The notes under the pieces: model-generated
What the model was told of the DNA's origin: nothing
What the model saw: only the letters and a program-made list of their open reading frames with translations
The model's database searches: none
DNA from: a virus
Direction: 5' to 3' (one strand)
IMG/VR virus record: IMGVR_UViG_3300005293_000039
Span: 1 to 64,000 of that record
DNA: 64,000 nucleotides
Made by a program: the position numbers and the translations under genes
In this document: positions 27,051-38,111 of the stretch, in pieces
Layout: each line of letters starts with the position of its first letter
How positions within the stretch are numbered: the first letter of the stretch is position 1

Positions 27051-28490
27051 TCAGGCCTTGTATCCGCGCCACCTAGCCGTGGTGGAATCATAAATGACAA
27101 AGATAGCCTCATTCGCGGCGAGCACAATATCTGCTCCGGTAGAATTCAAAAACCGATTTCCTGCCGTGCTGCTTGCGCTCTCATGTTTGAGGGTAATATT
27201 GTTACTCCCCACATTAACGATAAAATGAGTTTGCCCGTCCACTTGGCCCCGAACCATTCCGGTCACGTCTATTGCCGCCCCTGAACTCCAACGCTGCATG
27301 TGCGCATTTGACGTATAGGTATAGTTGTTTAAGTTGCTGCTGCCCAAACTCTCAGCCTGAACGCCAGCGGCCCATGTTCCGGGATTGCCTCCGTTCTTAC
27401 AAAATCGGGTAACGCCACCATTTGTGTTTCCTGCGTCTCTCAGTTCTGCTTGCCCCTCAAACTGGAAAGACGTCTGGACCATTACATCTACCGCTCGGAG
27501 GATCGAAAATCTTACTGAACCTGTACCTAGTGCAATGACATTGTTAGAGTCTGGATAAAGTGAGCCCCCATCGAACGCCAGGATCCGCGATGCGCCATAT
27601 CTGAGTTGCAGTTGTCGTTGTGACCCTGTTCCCGCTGCCTCTGACTGGATTACAAAATCGGAACCCACCGGCCCTATCTTTAGCCTCTCGTAATTTGATG
27701 CGTCCGCAAAAGTCCGATAGATGTTCAATAGTTGCGCGTTCGCTCCATTTCTCTGCGCAACGGTATTTGCGTCTTCAATAACTAAGGGCGCGATTGAACC
27801 CCCACCCGCAGAGGTAAGATCTGTTTCTGTTCCTGTCGAGTCTTTAATGTAAAGATGCTTGTCTGACTTGGCGTAGATATGAACCGTGCCGCTTGCTGGC
27901 GTACTTGGTGCTGAGATTTCGGGAACTGTGATTGCCCCCGCATCACTAACGATGACAACGGAGTTTTGAATTAACTTCCCGGTTGTTGAATCGAAGCGCG
28001 CGATCGCGTTATCTGTTGCTGAGCCGGGACCTACTACGTCGCCAATGCCACCTGTTCCACCAGACGGAGAATTGCCTAGCAGACTTTGCATCTGCATATT
28101 CGTTCCGTCATAAACCAGATCCACCCATTGGCCCGCCCGAATATCGTTTGTATCGAGATCGGTAGTAATTCCCCCGGCGGCTTTCTTAATTGTCTTTGCG
28201 CCAAGAGAATTAAAGTTGACCGTACATGCGCCTGTATTCGCCGTGTTGGCTTTGAAGCGATAGTGTTGGCCCGTAACATAGGCAGCGGGAGCCGGAGAAA
28301 GCGTCACCATGTAGGTATCAGTCGAGCCTGCATCCGAACCGAATACCCACGTTTGAAGCGCAAAGAACACACTTGAAAGTCTTGACTTTTTAGTTGCCGG
28401 TGTTCCCGCCGGATCGTTGACGGTGACGATTAAGTCATCATGAGTCGGCGCGGTGTCTTCGGTTAATTGTGAAATTTTTAGATTAGCCAT
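27051..28490 (-). CDS. Tail fibre / receptor-binding-type virion protein
   Basis: KISQL N-terminus, modular Gly/Thr/Ser-rich beta segments; last gene of the tail operon. Confidence 0.65.
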   Translation of the reverse strand: MANLKISQLTEDTAPTHDDLIVTVNDPAGTPATKKSRLSSVFFALQTWVFGSDAGSTDTYMVTLSPAPAAYVTGQHYRFKANTANTGACTVNFNSLGAKTIKKAAGGITTDLDTNDIRAGQWVDLVYDGTNMQMQSLLGNSPSGGTGGIGDVVGPGSATDNAIARFDSTTGKLIQNSVVIVSDAGAITVPEISAPSTPASGTVHIYAKSDKHLYIKDSTGTETDLTSAGGGSIAPLVIEDANTVAQRNGANAQLLNIYRTFADASNYERLKIGPVGSDFVIQSEAAGTGSQRQLQLRYGASRILAFDGGSLYPDSNNVIALGTGSVRFSILRAVDVMVQTSFQFEGQAELRDAGNTNGGVTRFCKNGGNPGTWAAGVQAESLGSSNLNNYTYTSNAHMQRWSSGAAIDVTGMVRGQVDGQTHFIVNVGSNNITLKHESASSTAGNRFLNSTGADIVLAANEAIFVIYDSTTARWRGYKA

Positions 28491-31400
28491 TTATGACTCC
28501 TTCAAAATAAAGTCTCCGTCTTCTTGGAGTAAGAGTTCTCCCGCCTCGGTTGCGATTCCCTCAACGGTGCCAAAGCCAACTAAGATTGAGGCTGTTATTG
28601 CGGTCGAGCAGCCCCATTGATTACAAGCAACTGCTTCGACCGTATATAGCCCATCTGTAGAAGCTAAGAATTCAAACACACCTTTATTATCTTCATTAGG
28701 TGGAAGTCTTGAGTTAATAGATTCATCCACTACAACTCCACCACGAAGAATCAATCTAACTTTCGCATATTGGGCGTACACAGATGCGCCGAAAATCAGA
28801 CCACCACGGATAGAGGTTATTTCTGCTGATCCATCTGTGGATTGTGTTAGACCATCCGGAGGAAATGTTACGGTATCGAATGCGATATTCGGTGGTGGTT
28901 GTTGGAAGTTTGGTAATCCTGACTCTAACGGTACGTCTGTAGGATCCGGAACTAAATCGCTAAACTGATCGCGTGAGTAGAGTCGATTAACAAAGAAGAC
29001 TTCGACCGGGTTTCGGATCGAAATGTCTTCAATCCTCATCAAGACGTTTCGATAGTTTCCAGAGTCATCCGAAGCGCAAACGACATCGCCCTGATCTAGT
29101 GCTAAGGCTCTCCCGGTTGCGCCAAACTTATAGAACCTATCGCCCGCTCGAAACTTATTTAAGAGAGCATTACACCGTCTCGCATCCTGGTTGTAGTTAT
29201 CGATCGCGGAATGATCGGGCTCGTAAGGATTGACCTTTACGTAGTCTTCTTGATGCTGATCATCATTAACAACTATCGGGAAGTCGCCAAAGTCTTGTAT
29301 GGCCTCTTTGTGAGTGGCTTTGATCTGATTGATTACCGGCTGACGTGAGGCTTCCGGCCATTCAAATGTTCCATCTAGAATGTTTGATCTTGTGGTATCG
29401 GCATAAGTCAGAGCACGGCCGGCAAACGAACCTAAGACTCGAGTTAATTCAATTCCAGCCTCGTGCTCTTCTTCGAGCTCGGATGCAAGTTTAAGAACTC
29501 CAATCTTTGAATAGACCGTAACGACATTATCTGCGGCATGGGCTTCGATGTATTCCCTGAGTACCGGATCGGCGTTGATCACGCACGCCATGCGATGACC
29601 AATGATTGATGAGGTTTCACCATTGACCAGATCCAGAACGCAATCAATTCCATCTATCGTAACGGTTATGCTTGAACCATCTGCTAACGAGCCTGTAATA
29701 GTGACCGTGGCTGACGATTGAACCGTCTCAGAGCCTCCGGTGAGGGTTGCATCAGAAGCTACAGCCGTAGGCCCACCTGACGCAGATGCAGCCAGCGTAA
29801 TCTCGTCCCCGAGGTCTGAATAAACAACTTCACTAACTGGCCTGACTTCTGAGTTGTCCTGAACCTCAACCCATGTGGGAGTAGTTGCGGTGAGTTGCCA
29901 GAGACTATTCCCTTGAACCTGACGTGCGTATTTACCAACATCGTCCGCGGTAAATCCCGTGGCACCTAAGCGCGCTGTCTGATCTCTATAGATCCAGTTC
30001 GGTTTAATCGCGATATGAAGCTTGCCATGCAGTAGGTAAGGCGAACCCTTTGTGGTTTTCCACGGCAGCACATCGTTAACGATCAACTCAGTGGTGCCGC
30101 CTTCACTTGCAACTCTCAGTTTTGTCCAGTCTGCGGGGCGTTCACCATCAATAATGATCTGTCCCTTAGCATTCCATCGGAAAAAGCCTCCAAAAGTGGG
30201 GAAGATCTGATCGTTGATAACATCGATGACCTTCTTCGCCTGAGTGAGTTCGGTGTTACACGTAGCGCCTTTTCGATAAGCCACAAGAAGATCTGCGGAC
30301 GTCGGCGGCGCAGCCGGATCATAGAACTCATATTCTCCGATCCTGTTACCACCCAAGCCGACGTTAATCAGTGCTCTTGCGGGAACTCCGGCGGGAATCT
30401 GAGTTCGGGTCGCCTCAAACGACTGAGGCCCAAGTAGGCTCGTGGATGTATACCGTTGAAAATCAACCCCAGCTCTTGAGACTTCGGTATTTGGTAGTAA
30501 TGCCCTCTCCGCGTTTGTTTCGTCTTTAACTACCCGACAGTTGTAGGCGGCAGAGAATGCGCTCTCGTAGTCGTCGACCATGTTCTCGGGGATATTGAGA
30601 GCAGAGGGTTCGGTGAGTAAGTAACGAACATGATCGACCGGGTTGTCGGTCCAGTCTTCACCCGGGCATCCTATTGGACTTGTTACCGCTGAGGCGTGGA
30701 TTGACTGAATCTGAGCCTCCGTCAAACTCGCGTTGGGATAAAGGGCAACTCGAGCCATTCCTGAGCTGGCGAACACGGGGCCAAAAATAATGTTTGGAAT
30801 GAAGCCAAGCCGCCACGGTGCATCCTGAGGATCGCAAACTGCATCAGCAGGTAAATCTGATCGTGAGGCGCTCAGACATCCATTGATCCAGATGCCCATA
30901 AAGGCACCATCACGAACACACGCAACCGATACCACGGTATTGACTGGGACCGTCTTGGATATAACAGCAAAACTCAGAGCCCCCTCGAGCTCCAATGCGA
31001 AGACAACGTTATCTGAAAATAATCCTGAGGATCGCGAGCCAAACGCAATATATGTATTAGGGACATCAAAGCCGTGCGCAATCATCATCTCGCAGCCTGA
31101 GGCTGTGTGTTTGGCTCGACAGGAGAATGAGAATTTTGTGCTTGATGGTCTTAAGCTTCCCAAGGTATTTCCAGACGATGGAACTTGTCCTATTGCCCCC
31201 GACATTCCATTTCCCGGAGATTCGGTTTCCAGGAATCCCGGAATGCCCACAACTAGATTGCTTCCCAGCGATAGGGGTATTAGAGATCCATCGTGGCTGT
31301 CGGCAGAATCCACACACAGCGTATTGGGATATGAGGGCGGGATACTTGTGCCATCCAGTTTCCAATAGGCTTCGGGATTAGTAGGGGTGATGGCTTCATC

Positions 31401-32696
31401 ATATGAATTGTATTTTTGTCCGGGCGCGCTGAAGCTTGTTCCTGGAGCGGTTACCCCGCCCGTGCCGCTAGACAGTTTCCCTGTGCCGTCAGGATCGACG
31501 TCGAAGTACATTTGATCCGGCACAATCCCTGCGACTACAGAAGAGATTTCCGGTGCGGGATCTTCCGTCTCAATATCGCTGCCATTGCAATATCCCGTTA
31601 TGTAGGCAAGCCTTGAGTGGAACGAATGATCGGGGAAAACAGTGTCGGCAGTTTGCGATCCATCCCCACCATACTCGCCCAAATGTTTTGTAACCCCTAT
31701 CGGCTGAGTGAACCCTAGAGATTCATTCCTCACGTTTATGAAGTCATGGATCTTCCCGCGGCACGCTGCCATCTTGAAGTTTATTGACGTGCCGATGTCT
31801 CGAAACTCAAGTGGTATTAAGCGTTTGGACCATCGGCCCAGAATCGTCGGGATCGCGTTGCCGTAAGGCGTACCGTCATGTGTTGAGTCATTAACTGTAG
31901 TGGATCTTCTTTTGCCAACTAATAGGCTGCCCACTAGTCCGAAACCGCCATATCTTAATAACTTTTGCAGAAAGCCTTCATGCGATTTGTTGATAAATGA
32001 ACTTTCGATCTGAACAATGCGAATCCCTTGGAAGAATTTGCGATTACTGTAGAAAATGCATTTCTCTTCCGTCTTATTGCAGACTGTTCCCGCCTGAAAC
32101 TCGGCAGACTTCTCCGACAATAATTCAGTACCAAGGCACTCTGGCCCTTTGAATTTAATCGTGCAATGTTGTTGAAATTGATAGCGAGGTATGAGGGCTT
32201 CAATTGTTCCGCAGTCCTGATTAGCCGTAATCGTTCCACGTTCTCGATTGAATCCGTCCGGCTTATCACATCGGCCGGCAAACAAAATGATAGAGTTAGC
32301 AAGTATCGCTCCGTCATTCCCGATCGCGGCTGCGACAGAAAAATCCAGAACTCTAACAACTAATTTCTTGCCCTCAACCACATTCGCGTTGACATATCGC
32401 GCCATGTAGCGAAAGCCGTCGACGTCATTATCAACGTTAGAGAAGTTGATCGAGACTGAATTGATTTCTTTCTTAACAGTCTTTTCGATTGTCACACCCT
32501 CGAGCACCTGGCGTTTGTAAGTTACCGGCCCGAACGGGAGAACATACGTAAACTCAGCAAAAGTTCTTTCGGCAGCGCGAGGATCGAAGCCTGAGGCTGA
32601 GTCGTAGTCGCTGGCGTAGATTTCATAGACCGCGAACAGATCGCTATTCTCTGCGTCCAGAACTGTCTCTAAATATGTGCCGAGGTTGAGTTGCAT
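28491..32696 (-). CDS. Tail tip / central baseplate-hub protein with inserted LamG-like domain
   Basis: 1401 aa after the distal tail gene; Cys cluster near N-terminus; AYWKLDG...VACVRDG..IWING...VALY..SLT..QI LamG pattern. Confidence 0.75.
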   Translation of the reverse strand: MQLNLGTYLETVLDAENSDLFAVYEIYASDYDSASGFDPRAAERTFAEFTYVLPFGPVTYKRQVLEGVTIEKTVKKEINSVSINFSNVDNDVDGFRYMARYVNANVVEGKKLVVRVLDFSVAAAIGNDGAILANSIILFAGRCDKPDGFNRERGTITANQDCGTIEALIPRYQFQQHCTIKFKGPECLGTELLSEKSAEFQAGTVCNKTEEKCIFYSNRKFFQGIRIVQIESSFINKSHEGFLQKLLRYGGFGLVGSLLVGKRRSTTVNDSTHDGTPYGNAIPTILGRWSKRLIPLEFRDIGTSINFKMAACRGKIHDFINVRNESLGFTQPIGVTKHLGEYGGDGSQTADTVFPDHSFHSRLAYITGYCNGSDIETEDPAPEISSVVAGIVPDQMYFDVDPDGTGKLSSGTGGVTAPGTSFSAPGQKYNSYDEAITPTNPEAYWKLDGTSIPPSYPNTLCVDSADSHDGSLIPLSLGSNLVVGIPGFLETESPGNGMSGAIGQVPSSGNTLGSLRPSSTKFSFSCRAKHTASGCEMMIAHGFDVPNTYIAFGSRSSGLFSDNVVFALELEGALSFAVISKTVPVNTVVSVACVRDGAFMGIWINGCLSASRSDLPADAVCDPQDAPWRLGFIPNIIFGPVFASSGMARVALYPNASLTEAQIQSIHASAVTSPIGCPGEDWTDNPVDHVRYLLTEPSALNIPENMVDDYESAFSAAYNCRVVKDETNAERALLPNTEVSRAGVDFQRYTSTSLLGPQSFEATRTQIPAGVPARALINVGLGGNRIGEYEFYDPAAPPTSADLLVAYRKGATCNTELTQAKKVIDVINDQIFPTFGGFFRWNAKGQIIIDGERPADWTKLRVASEGGTTELIVNDVLPWKTTKGSPYLLHGKLHIAIKPNWIYRDQTARLGATGFTADDVGKYARQVQGNSLWQLTATTPTWVEVQDNSEVRPVSEVVYSDLGDEITLAASASGGPTAVASDATLTGGSETVQSSATVTITGSLADGSSITVTIDGIDCVLDLVNGETSSIIGHRMACVINADPVLREYIEAHAADNVVTVYSKIGVLKLASELEEEHEAGIELTRVLGSFAGRALTYADTTRSNILDGTFEWPEASRQPVINQIKATHKEAIQDFGDFPIVVNDDQHQEDYVKVNPYEPDHSAIDNYNQDARRCNALLNKFRAGDRFYKFGATGRALALDQGDVVCASDDSGNYRNVLMRIEDISIRNPVEVFFVNRLYSRDQFSDLVPDPTDVPLESGLPNFQQPPPNIAFDTVTFPPDGLTQSTDGSAEITSIRGGLIFGASVYAQYAKVRLILRGGVVVDESINSRLPPNEDNKGVFEFLASTDGLYTVEAVACNQWGCSTAITASILVGFGTVEGIATEAGELLLQEDGDFILKES

Positions 32697-33431
32697 TTAG
32701 GCAGGGCGCTTTATGAGTTTTACTTCGAACGTGTTGCGCCACACTAACGTGTGATCAGGATCCACTGGCTCTTCAAAGCGCACTCCCGTAACCAATTCGC
32801 CGGGTTCGCCGCGCACAAAGGGCACGGCGCGCGGCTCGAGAAAATCAAAGGCCAGATCAATTCCGTGCGCTAAGTAAAAATCAACGATCGTGCTTGTGGC
32901 GTCTTCATCCTTACGGTTGTATTCCAATGTATATCTTTGCGGAGCGCCGAGAGCAGATCGGTTGTAATGTGCTCCCTTATCTTCAAACACCGAAACAAGC
33001 GTTATCTCATCTAGTCGTTTTGGGTGTTTTGTGTACTTGTTCGCCTTGATCCCCGTCCCGCCCGTTGAGTTTCTCGACGGAACCAAGGCCGCATCAGGAT
33101 CGGGAAGAGCATTGATTGAGAATCCGCTACCTGAATTATTCGCAATGAACCTTAAGAGGGTTGAGTTAGGTAGTTCTGAAACGAACCAATCAACTGATGT
33201 CGCTCCAGTCGGGAGGGGGGTGATTGCGGTGACGTCGATTTGCTCGTCATCATCAATCGCGATTAAACCTGGCGGACTAATCTTTGTCTTTCCATTAACG
33301 TTGACGTAGGCGTAGGCCACAAGATAAGCCCCATTACTGAGTGCGCCCGCAGAGTTCGATAGAACCGGCGCATCCGAGGGGCTGGCAAGAATTCCGGCGG
33401 CGTGAATTGGATACAGATCAGCCACTAACAC
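32697..33431 (-). CDS. Distal tail-type protein
   Basis: Directly after tape measure; C-terminal FDFLEP...VRFE pattern. Confidence 0.55.
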   Translation of the reverse strand: MLVADLYPIHAAGILASPSDAPVLSNSAGALSNGAYLVAYAYVNVNGKTKISPPGLIAIDDDEQIDVTAITPLPTGATSVDWFVSELPNSTLLRFIANNSGSGFSINALPDPDAALVPSRNSTGGTGIKANKYTKHPKRLDEITLVSVFEDKGAHYNRSALGAPQRYTLEYNRKDEDATSTIVDFYLAHGIDLAFDFLEPRAVPFVRGEPGELVTGVRFEEPVDPDHTLVWRNTFEVKLIKRPA

Positions 33432-36400
33432 CTCCGTCGTTTAAAACAATTTCTCTGATTGATCCGCCTCTGCGATAGCCCTTGCTAAGGACTTCGAGAA
33501 TGTGCGAGTCATTGCTGACAATCTTCAGGACATGTTCGTGCCTCACGATAGTTTGTTGGGGCGCCGTCCCAGAGTTTCGTGAGAGCGTTGCGGCACTGAT
33601 TTGCCCCGTCCCTGTATTCGAAGATGATCCGCTGCCATTCGGACCTGTCGGCTGCTTAAACAGATTCCCGGCTGCTTTTCTTCCCACTGCTGCCGCGACT
33701 CCGGCAATGGAGCCAAAGATGGCCGCAGCGGTGAAGTGCGACGCAGAAGCTGCGGGATGAACGAATAGCAAGGCAAAGCCTTCTGCTAGCTCAAAGATTG
33801 CCTTGACTGCGGCCTGAGCTGCGACTTGGGCCAGTACCTGAGCGGTCAGCTTTCTTAGCGCGGCGGGACCAGTTTCTCCCGTCAGCACCCAAGCAGTGAT
33901 CATTTGATTCAAACCATCAGTGAAGGTTCGAATTGCATCACCGGCTATGGTGGAAAAGTTTCCTGCCGCTCTTGATTGTTCCTTAAAGAAATCTGCTGCT
34001 GTTTGCGCGGCAGCCCTGAAGGCAACGGAGAGGTTATTAACAGACTCTTCGGTTAACTCGGCTTCTGCACGAAAGCGCTCGAAGTTTTCACTAAAGTTAT
34101 CCCCGAAAAGTGAACGAGTGCTTAAGGGATCTTCTCTTTCTAATGCGGCCTTCCGACGCGCCTCAATTTCAGCATCGGCGGCGGCATGGCGTTCTCTTTC
34201 CGCTTCTTCTTTAAGATTGATCTGACGTTCTTTCTCGAGCCGTTGTTCTTCAGTCTGAGCGGCGGTTCGGTTTTCCTCTTTTTCCTGATTAATTGCGTCC
34301 TGAGCTCGCTTATGTCGTGCGTCCTCATCGCTGCGATCCAGATCGGCTTGACGTTGAATGATTATTCTGCGGTCAAAATTGCGTCGAACGAGAGACTCTA
34401 CGCGCAACTCTTCCGTGTCCCTGAGAATTCGCGAGATCTCTTCCTCGAGACGCTTTATCTCTTCGTTGTAGCGTCGATTATTTTCTAGATCCTTTTGTCG
34501 CTTGTCCTGGATGTCGCGGTCGCCATTGGCCTGAATCGTTGTACGTTCCGCTTTGAGGATCTTGATATCGTTATTGAGCTTCTGCTGCGCCTCAGTCTCT
34601 TCTTTGTTGGCTCTTCGGGCTTCGCCAACTCGCAACGCATCAATCCGGGCGATTTCCTTGGCGGCATCGGATTGTTCGGTGAGGCGTTTTACCGGATCTG
34701 CTATAGTTCCAGCCTCTTGTAAGCGTTTCTCGGCCGCCTCTCGCTGTTTCACGAGATCATCTGAGATCTTGCGGTTGATTTCGGTAATGGTGTTGGCGCG
34801 CGTGAAGGCTAACTCTATTTCCTGCTGATTTGCATCCAGTCTCAGCTTGAGTATTTTCTTCGCCGCTTCTTCTTCCGTTTGAATGCGAGCAGCAGCCAAC
34901 GCCTCGTTTGAGGTAATGAGACGCTCTCTGGTGATCTCAATTAACCTGATGGTGGTATCGAGGTCTTGTTGCTGTAGCCCCGCTCTTCGCTCGGCCTCAT
35001 TTCGAATGATCTCGATCCTGCGCTCTGCCTGTTGCTGTAAAGCTGCGGTACGTTCACGTTGGAGGTCATCAAGTTGATCGTTGATCTTCTGTACGAGTGC
35101 CGGATCTTTGCCGGCCTCTTCGCGTTCTTTCTGGAGTACCTCACGGCGCTTGGCAAACTCGACTTCCAGCAATCCCGCGGTAGCATCGGCGGCAACTAAG
35201 GCTGCTGTCCTTCCGGCTTCGGCAGATCTATTTATCGAAGCAATCTGATCGCTGATCGCCTGGTTGAAGATACTGGCCTTTGCCCGCCTATGGGCCTGCT
35301 CTCGTTCTAATTCCTGTGCTCGGAACTCTGCGCGTTTGTCGGCTTCGAGTTTTCTAAAGCCATCTTCAGCGGCTCGGATCTTATTATCGAACTCCAGAAC
35401 GTCATCAAATTGCTTTTGCTTCGCTTGTTCATCAACCGCAACTTCTTTTGCACGCGCTTCACGTTGTTTTTCTAAGCCTTCGACAACTAACCGGGTCTTC
35501 TCTTTCTCCGTAGCAATCACAGACTCGAGTGCTGTTGCTGGCGCGATCTCGCGGGCCTTTAGTTGCCGGTCAATGGCGTCGACCTGTTCATTTGCAAAGC
35601 GGACTGCTTCATCGATCTCAGCGCGCACCTCTCGTGCTTCCTGTCTTGTCTTCGCTAAACTCGATTCAGGCGGTGCTAAGGGAACTGGAGTTACATCGGG
35701 CACCTTCAGGGCGGGAATCTCTGGCTGGATATTAAGAACGGCCTTGATGATATCGGCGAGTTTGTGCCACTTATCGATCTCTACATCCAAGAAGGGTTCA
35801 ATAAGCCGGAATTCTCCGAGCACCGTTTTGGCAAAGCTACCGATCGCACCAGCCGCTAACCCGAGGATGTCATTAAGCGCCTGAATCTCGTTGTGGTTTT
35901 CATCAATAAACTTGGAGAAATCCCGCACTGCATCAGTAGCCGCTGGAATAACATCCTTGCCGAGCAGTGCTCGGAACTTCAATTCCAGTATCTCTAGCTG
36001 AGCATTGAACTCCTGCGCAGCCTCGGCATCTTCGCGCGAGACGATCAGGCCCATCTCCCGGAACCTGTCAATCGCGCCGTCGAGATCTCCATGCATCTCT
36101 TTAAGGATCGCGAGAATTGATTTACCGCCCCGCTCAAAGAGTTCGAGTGCGGTAGCGGTTTGGTGAAAGCCTTCGGGCATGGCCGCAAGACCGATAAGGG
36201 TCTGGCGCAGCGCGGCTTCGGTGTCGGTAATGTCAACCGACAGTTCGGAGAATGCTTGCCCAGCCTTCGTGGTGGGATCGCGGCCCTCTTCGAGCTTTTT
36301 CTGGAAGATTCCGAGTGAGGCTGTGACACTTCCAAGATCGCCTCCTGTGGTCTTAGCGAAAATCTCAAACGCGCTTAAGGTTTCAACGCTTATGCCTACC

Positions 36401-37491
36401 TGCTGGCTAAGATCAACCATCTCCCCGCGAAATCCGGCGGCTGATTTAGCTAACTCAAGAAAACGTTCCCCGATGTCTATGCCGACGTCGGCAAGTAATC
36501 CCATTGCGACAACAAGAATCCCTACGCCTACAGCCACTCCGGCAACGATTAGACCGACCGGCCCAGCAGCAGCTATCAGCGCACTCAAACCCTCACCAGC
36601 TTCAGCCGTGGCCGCAGTGAGCCCTGACATTTCAGCTTCCGCCGTACCAAGTGCTGGGAGTAGTTTTTGTGCGGCTGCGGCACCAAAGAAATCTATCGCC
36701 GCAGAGTCTTTTTCTGCCTGAGTTCCGAGATCCTTAAAGCCCGTTAGGAATGTTTTGATTTCGCCAGCAGTCTTTCCACTCCCTGCGGCAAGGGAATTTA
36801 TTGCCTTACCTAACCTGAGCGTGGATGCTTCGACATTGCCGGAGGCCACGCTAAAATTTCGAAGGTTATCGGTGACACGGAGAAACGCTCCACCAAACAA
36901 TGGAATGCGTTGGCCCACAAACACATTGACTTTATCACCGAGTTCCTGAATGCCCTTGCTTGCGATCGAACTGACATTCGCCGTTTGGGTCGCTGATTTA
37001 AGTAGTGCCTGAAGTTCAGAGGCCGCTGTCTGTGAAGCAACTCTCAGGTTACTTGCGGAGGCGGTTTTCTGTTCAGTCTCGCGGGCTTTTTCTTCGGCCT
37101 TTAACTGAGATAGGATTGCGCTTGAGCGCTGTTTCTGAAGAGAAAGTACAGCATTAGAGCGGGACTTTTCCTCCGCGATCAGGGCCGCACTCCGCTGCTT
37201 ATCCAGAGACTGTACGGCTGTTTGTTGAGCCTTAGCTTCTGCAATCAGCGCCGCAGAGCGTTGTTTCTGTAGCGATGCTACGGCAGCGTCAGTTTCCTTT
37301 TGGATCTTGATAGCGGTATCGGCCTGTTGCTTTTGAACGGCCGTAGCGGCAGACGCGGCAGCGCCGTCGTTGGGCTTATTCAGCCCGGCAAGTTGTGAGG
37401 AAATGTTAGCGGTTAGGCGTTGGAGTTCGCTTGAGGCTTGGGAGCCATCAAGGCGTAGCAGAAAAGTTAGTGAAAGTTCGTTGGCAGACAC
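33418..37491 (-). CDS. Tape measure protein
   Basis: 1357 aa, Ala/Glu/Gln-rich helical, hydrophobic segments, position in tail operon. Confidence 0.92.
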   Translation of the reverse strand: MSANELSLTFLLRLDGSQASSELQRLTANISSQLAGLNKPNDGAAASAATAVQKQQADTAIKIQKETDAAVASLQKQRSAALIAEAKAQQTAVQSLDKQRSAALIAEEKSRSNAVLSLQKQRSSAILSQLKAEEKARETEQKTASASNLRVASQTAASELQALLKSATQTANVSSIASKGIQELGDKVNVFVGQRIPLFGGAFLRVTDNLRNFSVASGNVEASTLRLGKAINSLAAGSGKTAGEIKTFLTGFKDLGTQAEKDSAAIDFFGAAAAQKLLPALGTAEAEMSGLTAATAEAGEGLSALIAAAGPVGLIVAGVAVGVGILVVAMGLLADVGIDIGERFLELAKSAAGFRGEMVDLSQQVGISVETLSAFEIFAKTTGGDLGSVTASLGIFQKKLEEGRDPTTKAGQAFSELSVDITDTEAALRQTLIGLAAMPEGFHQTATALELFERGGKSILAILKEMHGDLDGAIDRFREMGLIVSREDAEAAQEFNAQLEILELKFRALLGKDVIPAATDAVRDFSKFIDENHNEIQALNDILGLAAGAIGSFAKTVLGEFRLIEPFLDVEIDKWHKLADIIKAVLNIQPEIPALKVPDVTPVPLAPPESSLAKTRQEAREVRAEIDEAVRFANEQVDAIDRQLKAREIAPATALESVIATEKEKTRLVVEGLEKQREARAKEVAVDEQAKQKQFDDVLEFDNKIRAAEDGFRKLEADKRAEFRAQELEREQAHRRAKASIFNQAISDQIASINRSAEAGRTAALVAADATAGLLEVEFAKRREVLQKEREEAGKDPALVQKINDQLDDLQRERTAALQQQAERRIEIIRNEAERRAGLQQQDLDTTIRLIEITRERLITSNEALAAARIQTEEEAAKKILKLRLDANQQEIELAFTRANTITEINRKISDDLVKQREAAEKRLQEAGTIADPVKRLTEQSDAAKEIARIDALRVGEARRANKEETEAQQKLNNDIKILKAERTTIQANGDRDIQDKRQKDLENNRRYNEEIKRLEEEISRILRDTEELRVESLVRRNFDRRIIIQRQADLDRSDEDARHKRAQDAINQEKEENRTAAQTEEQRLEKERQINLKEEAERERHAAADAEIEARRKAALEREDPLSTRSLFGDNFSENFERFRAEAELTEESVNNLSVAFRAAAQTAADFFKEQSRAAGNFSTIAGDAIRTFTDGLNQMITAWVLTGETGPAALRKLTAQVLAQVAAQAAVKAIFELAEGFALLFVHPAASASHFTAAAIFGSIAGVAAAVGRKAAGNLFKQPTGPNGSGSSSNTGTGQISAATLSRNSGTAPQQTIVRHEHVLKIVSNDSHILEVLSKGYRRGGSIREIVLNDGGVSG

Positions 37492-37565
37492 ATCTAATTA
37501 GAAAGCACGGAAAGCCACTATAAATGAGTTGTGAGATTTAAGTTTTGAGTGCGATAATTCAGGAT

Positions 37566-38111
37566 ATGGAAAGTCATCAGCACAAGCCCATTGACGTTTA
37601 CTCTGAGCGTTTTATTGATCCCATTATGGTGCGGTGCTCAGAATGCGGAGAGATATTGATCGGTCCCATTGCTTCCCTATTCGAAGCGAAGCCAGAAGAA
37701 CCTGCTGCTGATAAGGTCGGAATGATTCCAGTTAGTGAGATCGTTAGCGTGCTTCGTGACGCCATTGCGGGTAAGCTACCCGTGAAGCCCGTCGGCCCAA
37801 CGTGGAATGAAGTGTATGCGGGAGATGTTCAGTTCTGGTTTGGCGATTGGAAAATTGAAATCTTCAACGACTGCGATTCGTTTGATTACATAAATTCAGT
37901 CGAAGCACCTGATGGGCGTAGAGCGGTTTTTGAAGACTGGTGGGGCGACCGCGAAATTCCAATTTGCCCTGAGAATCAGTTAACAGGGGATGAGATAGAA
38001 CGGCTTGTCGAATTTCGGGTCAGAAAATCTGAGCCTCACCAAACGCAGAGACGGTGGCCTTCGAGAGTTCTAAAACAAAATCTCGCACCTCAAATCGAGA
38101 TCGAAACATGA
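37566..38111 (+). CDS. Antisense moron, hypothetical protein
   Basis: TGCGATAAT -10 upstream; IFNDCDSFDYINS...DGR motif. Confidence 0.55.
   Translation: MESHQHKPIDVYSERFIDPIMVRCSECGEILIGPIASLFEAKPEEPAADKVGMIPVSEIVSVLRDAIAGKLPVKPVGPTWNEVYAGDVQFWFGDWKIEIFNDCDSFDYINSVEAPDGRRAVFEDWWGDREIPICPENQLTGDEIERLVEFRVRKSEPHQTQRRWPSRVLKQNLAPQIEIET

Noticed and set aside
27051-32696. Diversity-generating retroelement targeting tail genes
   Set aside because: No reverse transcriptase and no TR/VR pair noticed in the window
33482-37040. Many alternative-frame and antisense ORFs within the tape measure and other long genes
   Set aside because: Shadow ORFs without recognisable motifs
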